A stretch of 63,242 nt of DNA, filler included, from Folioceros fuciformis (lineage: Eukaryota): NCBI GenBank assembly GCA_049999805.1. It is 4 parts of 3 records of this genome, joined end to end, with 100 filler letters (N's around TTAATTAATTAA, not from the genome) between each part and the next. Parts side by side here need not be neighbours in the genome. Positions count along the whole stretch, not along the records: positions 20,441 to 39,365 come from JBNGIO010005965.1; 3 more parts are not named here. The stretch is one strand, 5' to 3'. The notes under the pieces are model-generated. The model saw nothing but the letters and a program-made list of their open reading frames with translations. It made no database searches and was not told the DNA's origin. Positions 25,909 through 39,465 of this stretch are shown one piece after another; the stretch's first letter is position 1; each line of letters opens with the position of its first letter. Position numbers and translations under genes: made by a program.

Positions 25909-28900
25909 TTAATCAACCAAGGTTAGGGTGATTTCACATACACTATGCCTAAACTTCTCATGTGTTTGTTTTGTAAATCTTTTCCTAAAGACTTAGTTAG
26001 GATATCAGCTGGGTTCTCATGGGTTTAGACATAACTTATGTTTATTGTCTTACTTTCTAGCATTTCTCAAATGTAGTGATATTCAATGGCTATATGCTTG
26101 GTCCGAGAGTGAAAAACAGGGTTTCTAGCTAAGGCTATGGCTCCCTAGTTATCACTAAATAGAGGAGTGGGATCATTCTGAGGATGACCAAGTTCACTTA
26201 AAGCTAACCTGCTCCAGACAATATCCTTGGAAACTGAGGTCAGTACTCTATACTTGAACTCAATACTTGAGAGGGCAATGGTTGGTTGTTTCTTACTTGA
26301 CCATGATATGGGTTCTCCTCCCAGTAGTAATATGTAACCAGATATGGACTTGCGGGTATCAGGATCGCCAGCATAATCAGCATTAGCAAATGCTGCTAGA
26401 ATTAACTTCGGGATGCCGGGTCGATGCTTAAACATTAATCCAGTGTGCATAGTGCCTTTGAGATATCTGAATATTCGTTTGACAGGTACCCAATGTTCTC
26501 GTCCAGGGTTTTCCAGAAATTGGGAACATGCACTAACTTCAAAGAAGATGTCTGGTCTTGTGAAATTACTTAAATAAATCAAGGTCCCCACGGCATGTCT
26601 ATAAGGGACTGCTGACATTTCTTATTTTTCCGCATCTGTTTGAGGGCTCATAGCTTTAGTGAGCCGAATGCCACTTGCAAATGGTGTAGTGGCTGGCTTA
26701 GCATCTTCAAGTCCAAACTTGGCTAAGCTTTCTTTTATGTACTTAGTTTGTACTAAGATTAAAGTTTTGTTGCCTCTATCCCTTATTATATTTACCCCAA
26801 GGGCATAAGTCATCTCTCCTAAATCGGTCATTTCAAAATGACTTCTTAACCATGCCTTGGTTTCAGCTAAGAGAGAGAGTGAAGATGAGGCCATAAATAA
26901 GTCGTCAACATAGAGCAGGAGATATAAAATATCACTACCTGATTTCAATATGTACATGCTAGCATCTGCCTTACTTTGTATGAAGCCTCAGTTAACTAGC
27001 TTGACATGTATGACGACGTTCCGTTCTTTGCCTGATTGCTTCAGGCCATAAAGGCACTTAATGAGTTTGCATACCCAATCTTCCTTTCCCTTGACCTCAT
27101 AGCCTTCTGGCTATTTCATATAAATTTCTTCTTGTAGACGCCCATGCAGGTATGCTGTTTTGACGTCCATCATATGAAGGTATAGGTCATATTGTGCGGT
27201 TAAGGCGAAGATCATTCTTAGGGAGGCAAACTTGGCAACTGGTGCATAGGTGGCCCAGGGTATGTAATCTAAACCAGGTATCTGGGTAAACCCTCTTGCC
27301 ACTAAGCGTGCCTTATATCTTTCTATGGAACCATCACCCTTTCTTTTTATTTTGAATACCCACTTGCTAGTCACTATCTTTCTTCCCTTAGGTGGTTTCA
27401 CTAATTCCCATGTAGAATTCTTAAGTAATGAGTCGTACTCAGAATCTACAGCTACTTTCCACAAGTCTTTCTCAGGAGAGGAAAATGCTTGTTTTAAGGT
27501 TTGTGGCTCTTCGGGATCAACTGTCGCTTTGTATACAGCTTGATGATAAGGTGAAAAGGGAGAAACTAGATCATCTAGGGTAGCAAGGTATCCAAGGGGT
27601 GGTTCCTTCCATCCTGCAGGTCCTGGAATGTTAGGTCTAGTTCTCAGGTTGTACCTCAAAGCAGGTTGTTGTTGTAGAATATTTTCTTCAATGTCGACTT
27701 CTTCATGAGCTGGCTCTTCTGTTGGTGAGTTAGGCTTATCTTTAGGCTTGTCTTTGAGCTCGTCCTCATGCACAATTCATTCAATCTCGGGGATAATAAA
27801 GTTGTCCTTGAGATGATAGTCATCCTCCAAGTGGAGAGGTTCTTGTCCGTCGGGATCTGGTGTAGTAGGTCGACATGGAATATGTTCTAACAGCTCCTCC
27901 TCCTCCTGCAGAGTAGGTTCAACAAAAGGAACGCTCGTAGCAGGGAGTGGATGAAGGGTGACAAATTCATCATCATCAAAAGATGAGGACTCCGTGTGCA
28001 CTCCGAAGGGAACAGCGAGAGTGGCAGGAGCTCCCACTGAAGGGGAAAGTAAAGAGGACTCATGAAAAGTCACGCTCCTGGCATATGTAATTTTCCTAGT
28101 GGACGGGTGGAATAACTTGTATCCTTTGATGCCTTCCGTATAGCCAATAAAAGTGTACTTGGCTGCCTTATAGTCTAACTTCTTGCGTTGTACTTTGGGT
28201 ATAAAAACATACGCAGGTGACCCAAAAATCCGAAGATGTTCAATGGAGGGCTTTCTATCAGTGAGAGCTTCATAAGGTGTTATACTTGGGACTGCGGAGG
28301 TGGGCAGTCGATTAATAAGATACGTTGCTGTCATAATGGCCTCGGCCCAATAACTCTTGGATAGTTGGGCTTGAGTAAGCAAGCAACTAGTGATCTCTTG
28401 TAGGCGTAAATTCTTATTCTCTGCGACGCCATTTTGTTGAGGAGTGTGTACCACAGTGAGTTGCTGAGCTATACCTTCAACTCGGCAAAAATCAGCAAAA
28501 TTATTGGATGTGAACTCGCCACCATTGTCGGAACACAATGTTTTGAGTTTCTTATCCGTAAGTCTCTGTGCCCACATCATGTAATCCTTGAAAAATTGAA
28601 AGGCCTGGCTTTTGTGTTTCAGGATATAGGTGAGCACAAAACGAGAGTAATCATCAATGAAGGTTAAAAAGTATCTGCAACCACTAAAGGAAGGGGCAGA
28701 AATGGGGCCACAAATGTCTGTATGAACCAACTCAAGAGGTGTTGTGGCCCGCTGTGGAGATGGGTTAAGAAAAGGAGCTTGGTGCCGTTTTGTGACAACA
28801 CAGGCTTCACACCAAGACAGGGGTTCTATCTTGGAGAGGGAGGGTGATCTATAAAAATTTCCCTTAGACATTTGGATCAGCTTTTGGCTATTATGATGAC

Positions 28901-31322
28901 CTAAACGGCAGTGCCAAAGCATAGTATGGGAGGAGGTGGTAGAATTTTGGGAAGCTACATTGATGAGATGTGAGGGACCCACTTGGACTGAGAGTTTATA
29001 TAGTCCATCTTCTAGTGTACTTGAGCAGATGGTGTGCGGCTTACTTGATAGATAAGAAAGAAGACAAATATCTGCTTGGAGGATAATTTGCATGCTATGT
29101 TCTGAACACAAACTAGCAGTTGACACTAGGTTTTTACACATGGATAGTACATGGAGGACATGAGAGAGAGAGAGAACTTGGCCTGAAGAGAATCTGAGAA
29201 CAATTGAACCTACACCAGAGATTGTGAGGTTATGATCATCGCCCACTAGGATAGTTTGATGTCCTGTAGCTGGCAAGTAAGACTCAAAAGAGTTTATGTT
29301 GTGACAGATATGAGATGTAGCACCACTGTCTAAATATCAATATTGGTTGGATGGCTTGGATGATGCCAAGCATACAGTGAGTGCTGCTGGTGTTGCTGAG
29401 GTCTTTTTCTTCACAGCAACATTTGCTCCAGGGTAGCCTCCTTCTTAGGCTCGCCGTTCTTCTTCTTGTAGCAGTCCTTCTCCATATGATTCGGTATCCT
29501 ACACCAATTACAAATAACTCCCGCCTTCTTCTTACCTCTTGCAGGTGTGGAAGAAGCGCATTCTCCATCGAGAGAATTAGGATTTGGCCTAGGAGAAAAG
29601 GGTCTACCGCGGCCTCGGCCACGCCCTCTTCCTCTGCCTCGTCCTGTAAACATCACCTACTGTCTGATAGATCGCGGATTCTCTTGTCGACGACTGGCAT
29701 TCTCCTGTATAATGGCTCCAATTAATTCATCAACGCTGATATCCAGCGTATTGGAGCCAGTTGCATTCATTTCTTTCTGTGCGGCTCTAAGGACAGCATT
29801 TTGTGTTGTCACGAAGGACCTATAGGAGGGTGGTAAGGAGGCAAGGAGAGCAATAAAAGCTGCTTTCTCGGTAAGTTTCTCGTCAAATGATGCTTCGAAA
29901 TTATTCTTGGCAACACGGAAAGCAGTGATATGATGATCAATGGANNNNNNNNNNNNNNNNNNNNNNNNNNNNNNNNNNNNNNNNNNNNNNNNNNNNNNNN
30001 NNNNNNNNNNNNNNNNNNNNNNNNNNNNNNNNNNNNNNNNNNNNGTGATATGATGATCAATGGAGTCATTCTCCTTCATTCTCAGGTTATGGAGATGACG
30101 GGTAGCGGTCAATAAGCTCATCCCGTCTTTAGAAGCATATAATTGAGCTAGACGCTCCCACGTATTATGAGATGTGCCGGCTCCTAAAACTTGGCGTACC
30201 ATGAATTCGGTTAGACCTTGAAGAAGGATATCTCGGGCCCTTAAGTCCTTAGCATCCCATTCTTCTTGTTTATCTTCGTCCTAAAGGTGTTTGGTCTCGG
30301 TTCCTCAATATTCCATAGGCCATGACTACGTAACACTCCTTGTGCACGATCTTGCCATACATCATATCCTCTTCCATTGAATCTATCTTTCTCCTTAAAG
30401 TTATGTGCTTGAATCAAAGTGGTGGACTTTGATTCATAATTAGCCAACTTCTTCTTCTCCTTCTCTTTGAACTTTTCAAGTTCATCTTGTCATTTGGCTC
30501 GCTCTTCTTCGAGCCATAAAGCCTTTTGGGCTTCAATATATCTTGCCTTCTCTTCTGCAATTTCTTTCTCGACGGAGAAGTCTACTCGGTCAGACATTGC
30601 ATGTGTGTTTATTGATGCAGATTACGCCGTCCTTGACACGACGACTTCCCGCTTGTATTAGCAGCAAAGAAGTGTGAAAAATTATAGCATTTCTTCAAAG
30701 GGGAATCATCTGCATGGTCATCAAAATTTGCAGGCTTACAAGAAAGTGAGTTGGATCTATTGGCTCTTGGGAGGACTGGTTCTTGAAGATCGTCGGTGAT
30801 TGAATGTAATTGATCAGTGAGATAATTCAATCTATCATTAGTAGCAGTATGAAGAATTCTGGCTTCTGGTCCAATGGAATCAAGAGATTGCTGCAGATGA
30901 TATGGATTAGGAGTGAAGAACTTTGGCCTATGCTTCATATACTTAAAAATAGTTGACTCAATGGCGCTAGATTGCAAAAGGTCAAAGGAAGTTAGGAGAT
31001 CTTTGCGAGCGTGATTTATGTTACCTACTCTATCTCCAAACTTAGAGATAAGGGCTTCTATGAGACGACATACTTGTGCTTCAACAACATCAATTTCAAG
31101 GGCATTGAAATCAAAGTTTTCCTCTTGAATTGCAAAGAGTCTGGGTTGTTGTTGTCTCTTCTTCTTCGAAGCCTTGATCTTCCTCCTATACTCTTGCTTG
31201 CTGGGATTGATGAAATCCATAGGAGGGGGCAAACAAGAGGTGAATGCACAAAAAGTGCATCCTTAAAGTATTGTGCTCCACTCAAGTTGGTTACTATTCA
31301 AAACGAGGTCTCCATGCTCCAT
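25909..31322 (-). pseudogene. copia-C gag-pol, disrupted
   Basis: Gag knuckle CNWCRIPNHMEKDC, GAG-pre-integrase WHCRLGH, integrase (HTDICGP, SDNGGEF), RT (YKARLVARGF, YVDD) and RNase H, split by several in-frame stops (e.g. 29657, 27777, 27111, 26622, 26145). Confidence 0.9.
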
Positions 31323-31429
31323 GATCTTCGCTGGAAAAGCTAAAAGTGCAAATGTATTGAGGAGAGAAGAGCCATGAGCAAAAGCAAGCAAGAGTGCTCA
31401 AGCACCAAGAGCAGTGTGCTCTAATACCA

Positions 31430-31698
31430 TGATGAAAATCATGGGCTAAGCTCTTGAGAAGGAGATTCTTATATGACAATTGATTTAACACAAAATACAA
31501 AGCGTATTTATAGGCAAGGTGGTTAGGAGGTTAGATGGTTACAACCATGAGTAGTTGTAACCATCAAGTAGTTATAACTACCCTAACCACTAACTACCTA
31601 GAGCAATTAACTAATAACTACTTAATGCCCTAGGTAGATAATAATGTTTAAGTTAGGTACCCTAGTGAATAGTGCCCTAACCCTAATATATTTCATTA
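31430..31698 (-). repeat. 5' LTR of copia-C
   Basis: Direct repeat of 23922-24189, adjacent to the PBS. Confidence 0.95.
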
Positions 31699-33172
31699 AG
31701 ATGGACCAGAGAAACTGGAGTAATCATCTTGAGGATGCAGAGTTTTATTATAACAATATTGTACATAGCTCCATAGGCTATACACCTTTTCAGATGACAG
31801 GTAACGAAGCAATGGACACAACTTCCATGTTGAATGTTGGAGTGTTTGAGACAGCAGCAAGAGAACCACATAAATTTATTAAGCAATTGAGGGCCAGACA
31901 AATTTTGGCCAAAGCTCAAGACAGACAAAAGAAGTTTGCTAATAGGCACAGGAAAGAGGCAGAATTTCAAGTGGGTGACAAGGTTTGGGTAAAGTTGAAG
32001 CACTTCCCAATACCTCAAGGACTGTCCCCAAAGTTAAGGCCTAAGTATGGAGGTCCTTTTGTAGTTTTGAAGCACATTGGAAATGTGGCTTACAAACTAC
32101 AACTGCCTAATTGGATCTTCTCTCATGATGTGTTTCATGTCTCTTTGCTGAAACCATTTGTGATTTCGAAAGAGAATGAAGACATGAACAAGAAAGACTA
32201 TGTTATCCTGGTTCAATATAACCATAGTTTGCAGGAGATTGTTGAATTCCTAGCAGAAAGAGAAGTGCTTTCTGTGCATGGTAATGTTCTAGAGTATCTA
32301 GTAAGGCTTCATGATTTTACAGATCCTGTCTGGGTTTCACTTCAAGATGTGCAACAAGGATCATGGATGATCTCACGTTATACTACAAGTCATTGAGGAC
32401 AATGACATCTTCCTAGTGGGGGAGAGAGTAATGGCACAAGTGAAATAAGGTGAAAGTAAAAAGGTGAAAGCTAAATCTAGAGCTGTCTTGATGAAGAAGC
32501 AAGTATGCTTCTTGTTGCCTTTGGAAACAAGATTTGTGTTCCAGGCAAAACCTCCTAAGAAGGATGGAGTTGTAATGACCACTAGTATTCTGATATGAGT
32601 AGTGTGTATCATTCCCAGCTTTAGCAATGGCTTAGCTGTGGAGTATAAATAGGCTAGTGTTAAGGTCTTAAGGATATACACTAATACACGGATACACAAA
32701 GAGACAAAGAGAGAGGCAGACAATGAGAAGTCTAGCCTTGAGATATAGTTGTGGAGAGCTTGAAGAGCAAGCTTTTCAGATTGAGACTAGAGCAGTAGCT
32801 AGTGGGGAGTAGATCACCAGACTCTTTTGTAAGTATATGAAATAAATAGCAACACCTAGAGGCGGTGGTCTGCGAGTCGTCNNNNNNNNNNNNNNNNNNN
32901 NNNNNNNNNNNNNNNNNNNNNNNNNNNNNNNNNNNNNNNNNNNNNNNNNNNNNNNNNNNNNNNNNNNNNNNNNNNNNNNNNCTTCCTTTTACGCTGCGTA
33001 AGGAAGGGGTGGTACTCTGCCTCCACTTTCGATTAAGATGGGCAAAGACAAAAAATAAGAGAGATCTACCCAGGTGCACCACCTAACGTCTTTGAAATCC
33101 TGTGAACAGCTTCAACTGTTCATAATCTGAGATTTTTTTCACGAAAAAAATCAGACTTTTCAGAAACAACCA

Positions 33173-36100
33173 TCAAGTAACGTCCGGGCGGACACGTTTC
33201 CTCACGCCTTGATCAGGAGACTTCAAGTCCGGGGACACCTTGGTAATTTCACGGGCCTCTACGAGACCTTTCTCTAGGGGCGCTGTTGCAGTATTAATTA
33301 CAACTGCATCATCTGCTTCTGGAGGAAAGCGTTTGCCTGGTACTATGTTCCGCCCTCTGAGAAAGGAAGGCTGTGTCGAGGCATCCATGTCCACAGGATC
33401 CCCTTCTGGAACTTGATTACCGGCTTCACCCAAGGGAACCTTCACGGTAATCTGCCATTGGCATGACACAGCATTTTAGACCCATTCACTCGCTCCGCAA
33501 ACACGGCTGACAACCACGGGAAAGATTAGGGATGATTACCGGCAACTCTGATTGAGGCACTGCATGCCCGACATCCTCATCCTTCTTCACGCCTTTCTGT
33601 TTTAATCTCTCTTGGTTCTTACCATGAAATTTCGCTCGAACTTCCGTAGGCAACAACTCAGGTGGAATGACCGATTCTATACCATGATCTGTGAACTGCT
33701 ATCCCGGGTTTTCTTAGCGGGACTACCCTCCAGACACTGCTATCATAATTCTTCCACATATCGCAACTCAGAAGACATTTGTAGCATAACCCAAGACACA
33801 GGAGAAAACGTACCCTGGAAAACCCTTCAAGATCTTGACGGCAAGAAAACCTCAACCCTTTCCAGCAGTAGACCTTTTTCAGCAAAGTGTCGATGCATGT
33901 GAGAAGAAAACTTCTCACAAAACTTGTGCTAAACGACAATAATAACACCCTGATGATTTACTTTAAATTACAAGACCGTAACCGGGCAAGAACCGATGTG
34001 CACTCACCCGATTCTGCTTCCGGCTGTACTCTGGTTCAATGCCTGCTGCAGGATCGAGCTACCAAGACATCCCGCGCAGAAATAAATTGGGTGTGTACTA
34101 ACAAATCAAGTTTTGAAAAAAAAGAAAAAGAAAAAAGAAACACACGGACAAGTTCCCATAACTTACTTCTTCGGCAAGAGGTTTCCAGTATTCAGAAACA
34201 GGAGGAACTTTTACCCGTTGAATATCTGTCAGTGCATTCTGCCAACACCTCAAACAACGTCAGAGGGCATGGTTTGCTTAGGCACAAGAAACAGCTGTTT
34301 ATGAATGATTTAAAGGCAATAGGTTGACCTATTACCGGGTTCTGTTCAGACCACTTCCAAAGTTGCGAAAGCTCCTTATTCCCAAGCCTCCATCTAGGCC
34401 TGCTGATGCGATACCAAACCTTTCAGCCTTCTTCCAAGAAAGACCTCGCTACCCAACATGCAACCAGGCTGTATATTCAGGAATGGCAAAGTCTGCCTGG
34501 TAGTACTACACAACTTCTCTGAAAGTTCCAACCATACCGCCTCTTGCTAGCATCTGCTGGTGCTTTTTGATCTGGAGTCACTTTCTCGAAAGCAGGACAC
34601 CCATCCCTCTTCCACCAAACCTTCAACGAATGCCACACTGTCCCGCTCAGTCACAGTCAATGCGCTTCGAAATGAAACCAAGCTGTGCAATCTCAGATAT
34701 GCTGTTGGATACACACCCCAAATATTGTGTTTGAGAGACTTACCCAATTCCGTTCGCGTTCGAGAATATGTTCCACACTGGCGAGAAACTCTGTTCCCTT
34801 GGCTGGTGTACTCTCTAGTAACTTCCTCACTCGAGCTTCATGTGCTTTCACTTCGTTCCTCTGAGCAGGCAACCACCACTTACAAACAACTTTGTTTGGG
34901 AAACCTTAAGTCTCTCGGAGAACAAAGCCAAGACTTCTGTATTTAAAGAGAAACCAAGCATACCAAACTTTCTTTAGCACTCTCCTTTTCAGTTTTGCCC
35001 GGGGACTGTACAGCCAAAACATCAAACCATTGGTTACAACTTGGAAGGCTTACAACGTGCTCAAGAACTATGATCGTCCTCGTGGCCTATCCCGAACCAC
35101 CCTATTTGCCAACTGGATGGAAGCACATGAATTTCACCATGCAAGTACTCATGCATGCAAATCGTGAACAAACACACTTGCCAAGAGTTGAAAGGGACCT
35201 GCAGGAAGTCAAAGATGATGAGACACTGCACAAGGACGTGCCGCCTGAAACCTGGGTCTTTGAGCTGTTAGAGACAATGGGAAGTAAGCTAAGAGATGAG
35301 TTAAGGGTAAACTAACATGGAGCTAGTAAGTAAGCAACTCAGAATGAAAGATCAAACCATGGTGGGGAGCCTGACTACTGGCCTCTAAGCTCATAAGATT
35401 ACTGCTGGTGAGGTACTTGATATTGAAGGTCGCATCATCTGCTGCGTTTAAGTGGCTGGAGCTTTCTTCATTGTCCACAAGTGGAAGAGTTTCAAAAGTG
35501 TCCAGGACAGTCTGACATGTTACGAAGAATGTAACTGTCTCAGTTGTTGCAAACATTTTGCTGCCATCCACGACCTTAAGAGGCAAAAAAACCAACTAGT
35601 TCCGGTATCACTTCTCACAGCCCTAAAGGTGCAATAACCAACTCAGGCCAGCTGTGCATTCCTTCCTATCCTTTCCCATCTCGTGACAGGCGAGCTTTCT
35701 AAGTAGCTGAAAATAAGAAACGAGGGAGGCCCCCGGTGGACCCAAATACCAACAGATTGGCAAACAAGCTTCTTATCCTACAGCCAAAATCAAGGCTTCA
35801 GTTTCTGGACACGTGACAGAGGAGGAATTAACTCACAGTAAGACTTGATGAAAAAGCCAGCCACCTTGTCGGATGTTGAATCAAAGGAGCCGGGTTGGAG
35901 AAGTGCTCCTGCAACCTTAAAGAACTCGCTTGAAGTCATGCCCAGAATTACAGAAACCACTGGATTGCCTTTCGACAACAAACCTAGAACTCACCTGAAG
36001 GCTCCAGAATGTCTTGTAGAACTTCAAATCTACGAGGAACCCTGGAGAAGAGTGCAGACAGGTGATACGATAGTCCCATGCTGGGGCATTAAATCCAACT

Positions 36101-37484
36101 TACAACCCCATATGCAAGATTCTCTCACCATCAATAGGCAGCTCCTTTTCATACTTGGTCTCGTTTGAAGTGTTGAAGACCCCCTTGATGTTCACAGCTG
36201 AAACATACACCCAGTTGGTGAATGAAGCTCCCAAAAGAAAACCCTGATGTTGCCATTCAAAGTGTCCTCCTTACCAGACCGCTCCGAGAGCGGGAAAAAA
36301 TGAGCCAAAAACATAAGAATACGACCACAAAATACGACATCATTTGCCTGCATAGGACAGCACAGCACAGGTATTACTCACCACAAGCCTCGGATCAGCA
36401 GACAAGACAGCAATATGACAACCTTTGATAGACGCCTGAGAAGCTGGTTGCAGGTTCTTAACATCACCAGCTTGCCTCGTCCAAAGAGTTCTGCCTACAG
36501 ATACAAGACAACCCTGGAGTTCAAGCTGAACAAGGAAAGCCAAATCTTGCTGCCACATGAATATCGAAATCATTAGCATACCTTGCCAAGAGTCTCCTGC
36601 TTGCTTTCAATATATCCAAAAATTTCTTTGCAATCTTTGATAGTTGAGACCTCAGTCAAATCCTCCAAGAGCTGGAACACCATACCTCCTTCCACGTGAC
36701 CTTTCTCACAGAGATGTAGCACAACGTCTGCAAAGTGTGCCACCGCCAAGGTCAGTAGCATAGTTACACAGGTAGCAACAGTTCATACTCAACCCAAGAA
36801 GAAATTACGTGTAAAACGTTGGCACCTAAAAGCCGAGTGATCGACCCACGTCCATCGTCGCTTGAACCAATGCATCTGCCGTAACCCATCACCGGCTCAC
36901 CTGCTCGTACTGCAGCATCCTGCAGATGCGAGAGGGATCATCGGCTAAGTTGCCAGTAAATAAAGAACACAAGTATGAGGACAAAGGAGGAAGTTTACGA
37001 GCCGAAAGCACCTCACCACAAGATCTTCCAGCAGAGTTCTTAGACCGTTTTCCAGTAACTGATTCTCGTCCTGAACCAGAACCGTTTGCTTCTGGAGAAC
37101 ATCCAGCAGCTCTATTAGAGATCAACACGACATGCACATGCTGAGGAAAGCTTGACCATGGTCTGCCTGAGGAATAATTGGCAAACCTAGACATCAAACC
37201 TGTGGCCTCATCGCCTCTTGCATCGCTGATACAGCAATCATTGACGTGGGAACAGGCTTAGAAATTGCTTGTGAGAAGACATCCTGCCATGCAAAATGCT
37301 GGGTCAGCATGACATTTCTGTAGCACCACAATTCAAGAACTGTGGCCATGGAGAAGTAAACCTCACAAAACTCCGACAAGAAGGATCCAGCGAAAATAAG
37401 GCAAGGACTGAAAGAGCTAACCAGCACACGACCGCGATCCATTTGGCAAGAGGAATAGATGGCATCCCGGGGCATCTCTGCCAT
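33173..37484 (-). CDS. THO1: THO complex subunit 1 (multi-exon; start codon uncertain)
   Basis: Exonic peptides LHLCEKGHVEGGMVFQLLEDLTEVSTIKDCKEIFGYIESKQ, LFGRGKLVMLRTCNQLLRRLSK, FYKTFWSLQ, FNIKYLTSS and DPGFRRHVLVQCLI match plant HPR1/THO1. Confidence 0.9.
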
Positions 37485-39365
37485 CCCAACCCCACACTGT
37501 CCGTTGGTGACGCCTGGGCTCCAAAAGAATTTGACATCAAACGTTCGGGACCTTTAGATACTTTGGCCCGAGGTATAATTTCCTGACGTAGTAAGTCAGT
37601 TGTGACTGCTATGCTGGTTTACGCCCGTTTGTCAGCTTGGTAGGCATGGATGGTTAAGCTAGTGCATATGTTTACTAAATGTTTTTTTAAGAGTTCCTAG
37701 AAAAACAGGCCTCGGAAGATGCTCCCTAGAGGTGAAGGATATACGAGATAAAATTTAAGAGGTAATTACATAAGTTATAGTTGAGGTCACGAAAGATCAT
37801 ATCCAATAATTGTGAACTTGAGTGTAAGGAATTATGAACTTCAGCAGCATAAGGAAGGAGTGTGTTGTTCCATAGAATTCAAAATACAAAAGGAGTTTAA
37901 AAGCATGAGGAAGGTGAGTGGTTTTGCGTTTTTAGATTGTTGGTGGTGAGTAATTAGTGTGGACTTCATATTTCCCAATCATGATATATTTAAAGTCCAC
38001 TTGTTGTCGCATTGCAACAACACTTAAAGCTTGAGAAGTTGTTGTGCCTATATTCCAAATTGGTGGAAATTCTATTAGTGTGGAGGATTTTATCTTAACC
38101 ATTCAATCACATTATCCATTTAAGAATATTGCATTAATGTGACTAATGTTATAATAGGCATAGAAACCATAGTATGCAGCCCTAACTTAAATTACTCTTT
38201 AGTTTATGGGAGCAGAAATACTGTAATTTTTTTGGCTATATATATGGTTATAAACCTTTCTTACATGTGCTATCCATTTGAGTCACATGACATATTCAAT
38301 CTTCTTTCCAATTTTTTATATTTTAAAAAAAGCGATGGAAAATCCCATCTACTTCGAAGATTGGAGGAATATCTCGAGCAAGGCCATAAGGGTACTAACC
38401 TCTTCGAACATCATTCTCAAAAACTATCTATTGTTCACAAAATGTCATGATGTGGAATAACAAAAAGCCTACCTACCACTAGTGCTAAAGAAGCTGCTTA
38501 ACCTACACTTGTTGCTATCCTAAAACCTGTGTTAGCCAATGCTCTTTGCAAAGGAATAGATATGTGCTGTCGAAAGAAGGCCACCATACAGGGGGAAAAG
38601 GGGGACCACCATTCCTATGCCTCTGATAAACCTTGGCTCACTCCTTGATGAACCTTCAAAAGTCCATGCCCATGGCCTCGTGAGTCTCAAGAGCAAGGGG
38701 GATGAAAAATATGCCTATCTTGCAGGGGAGAATACTTATGGACTCTGGTTCCTGCACAACCCTCCACCGCCCGTCCAAGGGGGTTGATAATGACGTGCTC
38801 ACAAATCGAATGCCTAGTGGAATCCGTAAGTACCACATCAACGACACAAACCTATTCCCCGCTAGTGAAAAAAAGGTTGGCTCTAAGTGATACCCCGTCA
38901 CGCAAAGCATATGGACACTTCCTATATAGAAGAAACCCACACTCCCTCGCCATTGAGGGCATGGCATCTCAAACTGCATCATGGGTGACAATGTGGTGAT
39001 CCCCAACAAGACAAAGTGCTAGATGGGACCTTATATCGACAATGACACCCCACAACTCCAGGTAGAGAGAAAAAAAGCCAAGGGGTGGGCCAGATGTGGA
39101 GGCAAAACCCCGGGCACTGATTGCCGACGGGTTCCACCTTTAGTGGCCACACTTATCCCACTGTCGTTGAGACATTGGGTTTCGTTCCCACGAAGGAGCG
39201 ATGGGGTTCCTTGCTGCTGTGGATGGAGGGTCGGACTTGATTGACTCGATGATGGATTCGAGGGCTCCCCTCCAGCTCCGATCAGGCGTAGGACAGGCCT
39301 CGCTGTCCGGCGGTCAGCTGCACCTCTCTCGGTGCCCACAAACTCACTCCAGTCACTACAACGAC

Positions 39366-39465
39366 NNNNNNNNNNNNNNNNNNNNNNNNNNNNNNNNNNN
39401 NNNNNNNNNTTAATTAATTAANNNNNNNNNNNNNNNNNNNNNNNNNNNNNNNNNNNNNNNNNNNN
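39366..39465. other. Artificial contig linker N44-TTAATTAATTAA-N44
   Basis: Same structure as at 20341. Confidence 0.95.

Larger units (their letters stand above)
23922..31698 (-). mobile_element. Full-length Ty1/copia element (copia-C) with both LTRs
   Basis: LTRs at 23922-24189 and 31430-31698 (about 11 substitutions + 1 indel by eye). PBS TGGTATTAGAGC at 31418-31429, PPT GAGTGGGAG at 24190-24198, imperfect TSD ATATG/AGATG. Gag-PR-INT-RT-RH order. Confidence 0.95.
20441..32860 (+). mobile_element. Ty3/gypsy chromovirus-type element, decayed, interrupted by copia-C
   Basis: Order: gag knuckle (SCGEPGHYANEC), protease (LLDLAAT), RT (YLDD), RNase H (YTDASD), integrase (20761-23921, resuming 31699), chromodomain-like EYLVRL..PVWV to 32396. 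PPT GTGGGGGAGAGAG, then 3' LTR from 32429. LTR end approximate. Confidence 0.9.

Noticed and set aside
26145-29660. Stop codons restorable by U-to-C editing or readthrough in TE ORFs
   Set aside because: U-to-C editing is organellar. TAG/TGA/TAA at Gln/Arg/Trp positions are the expected result of deamination of methylated TE DNA.
37600-39260. LINE-like remnant
   Set aside because: Only vague RT-like fragments (INDTNLF); too degraded to support.
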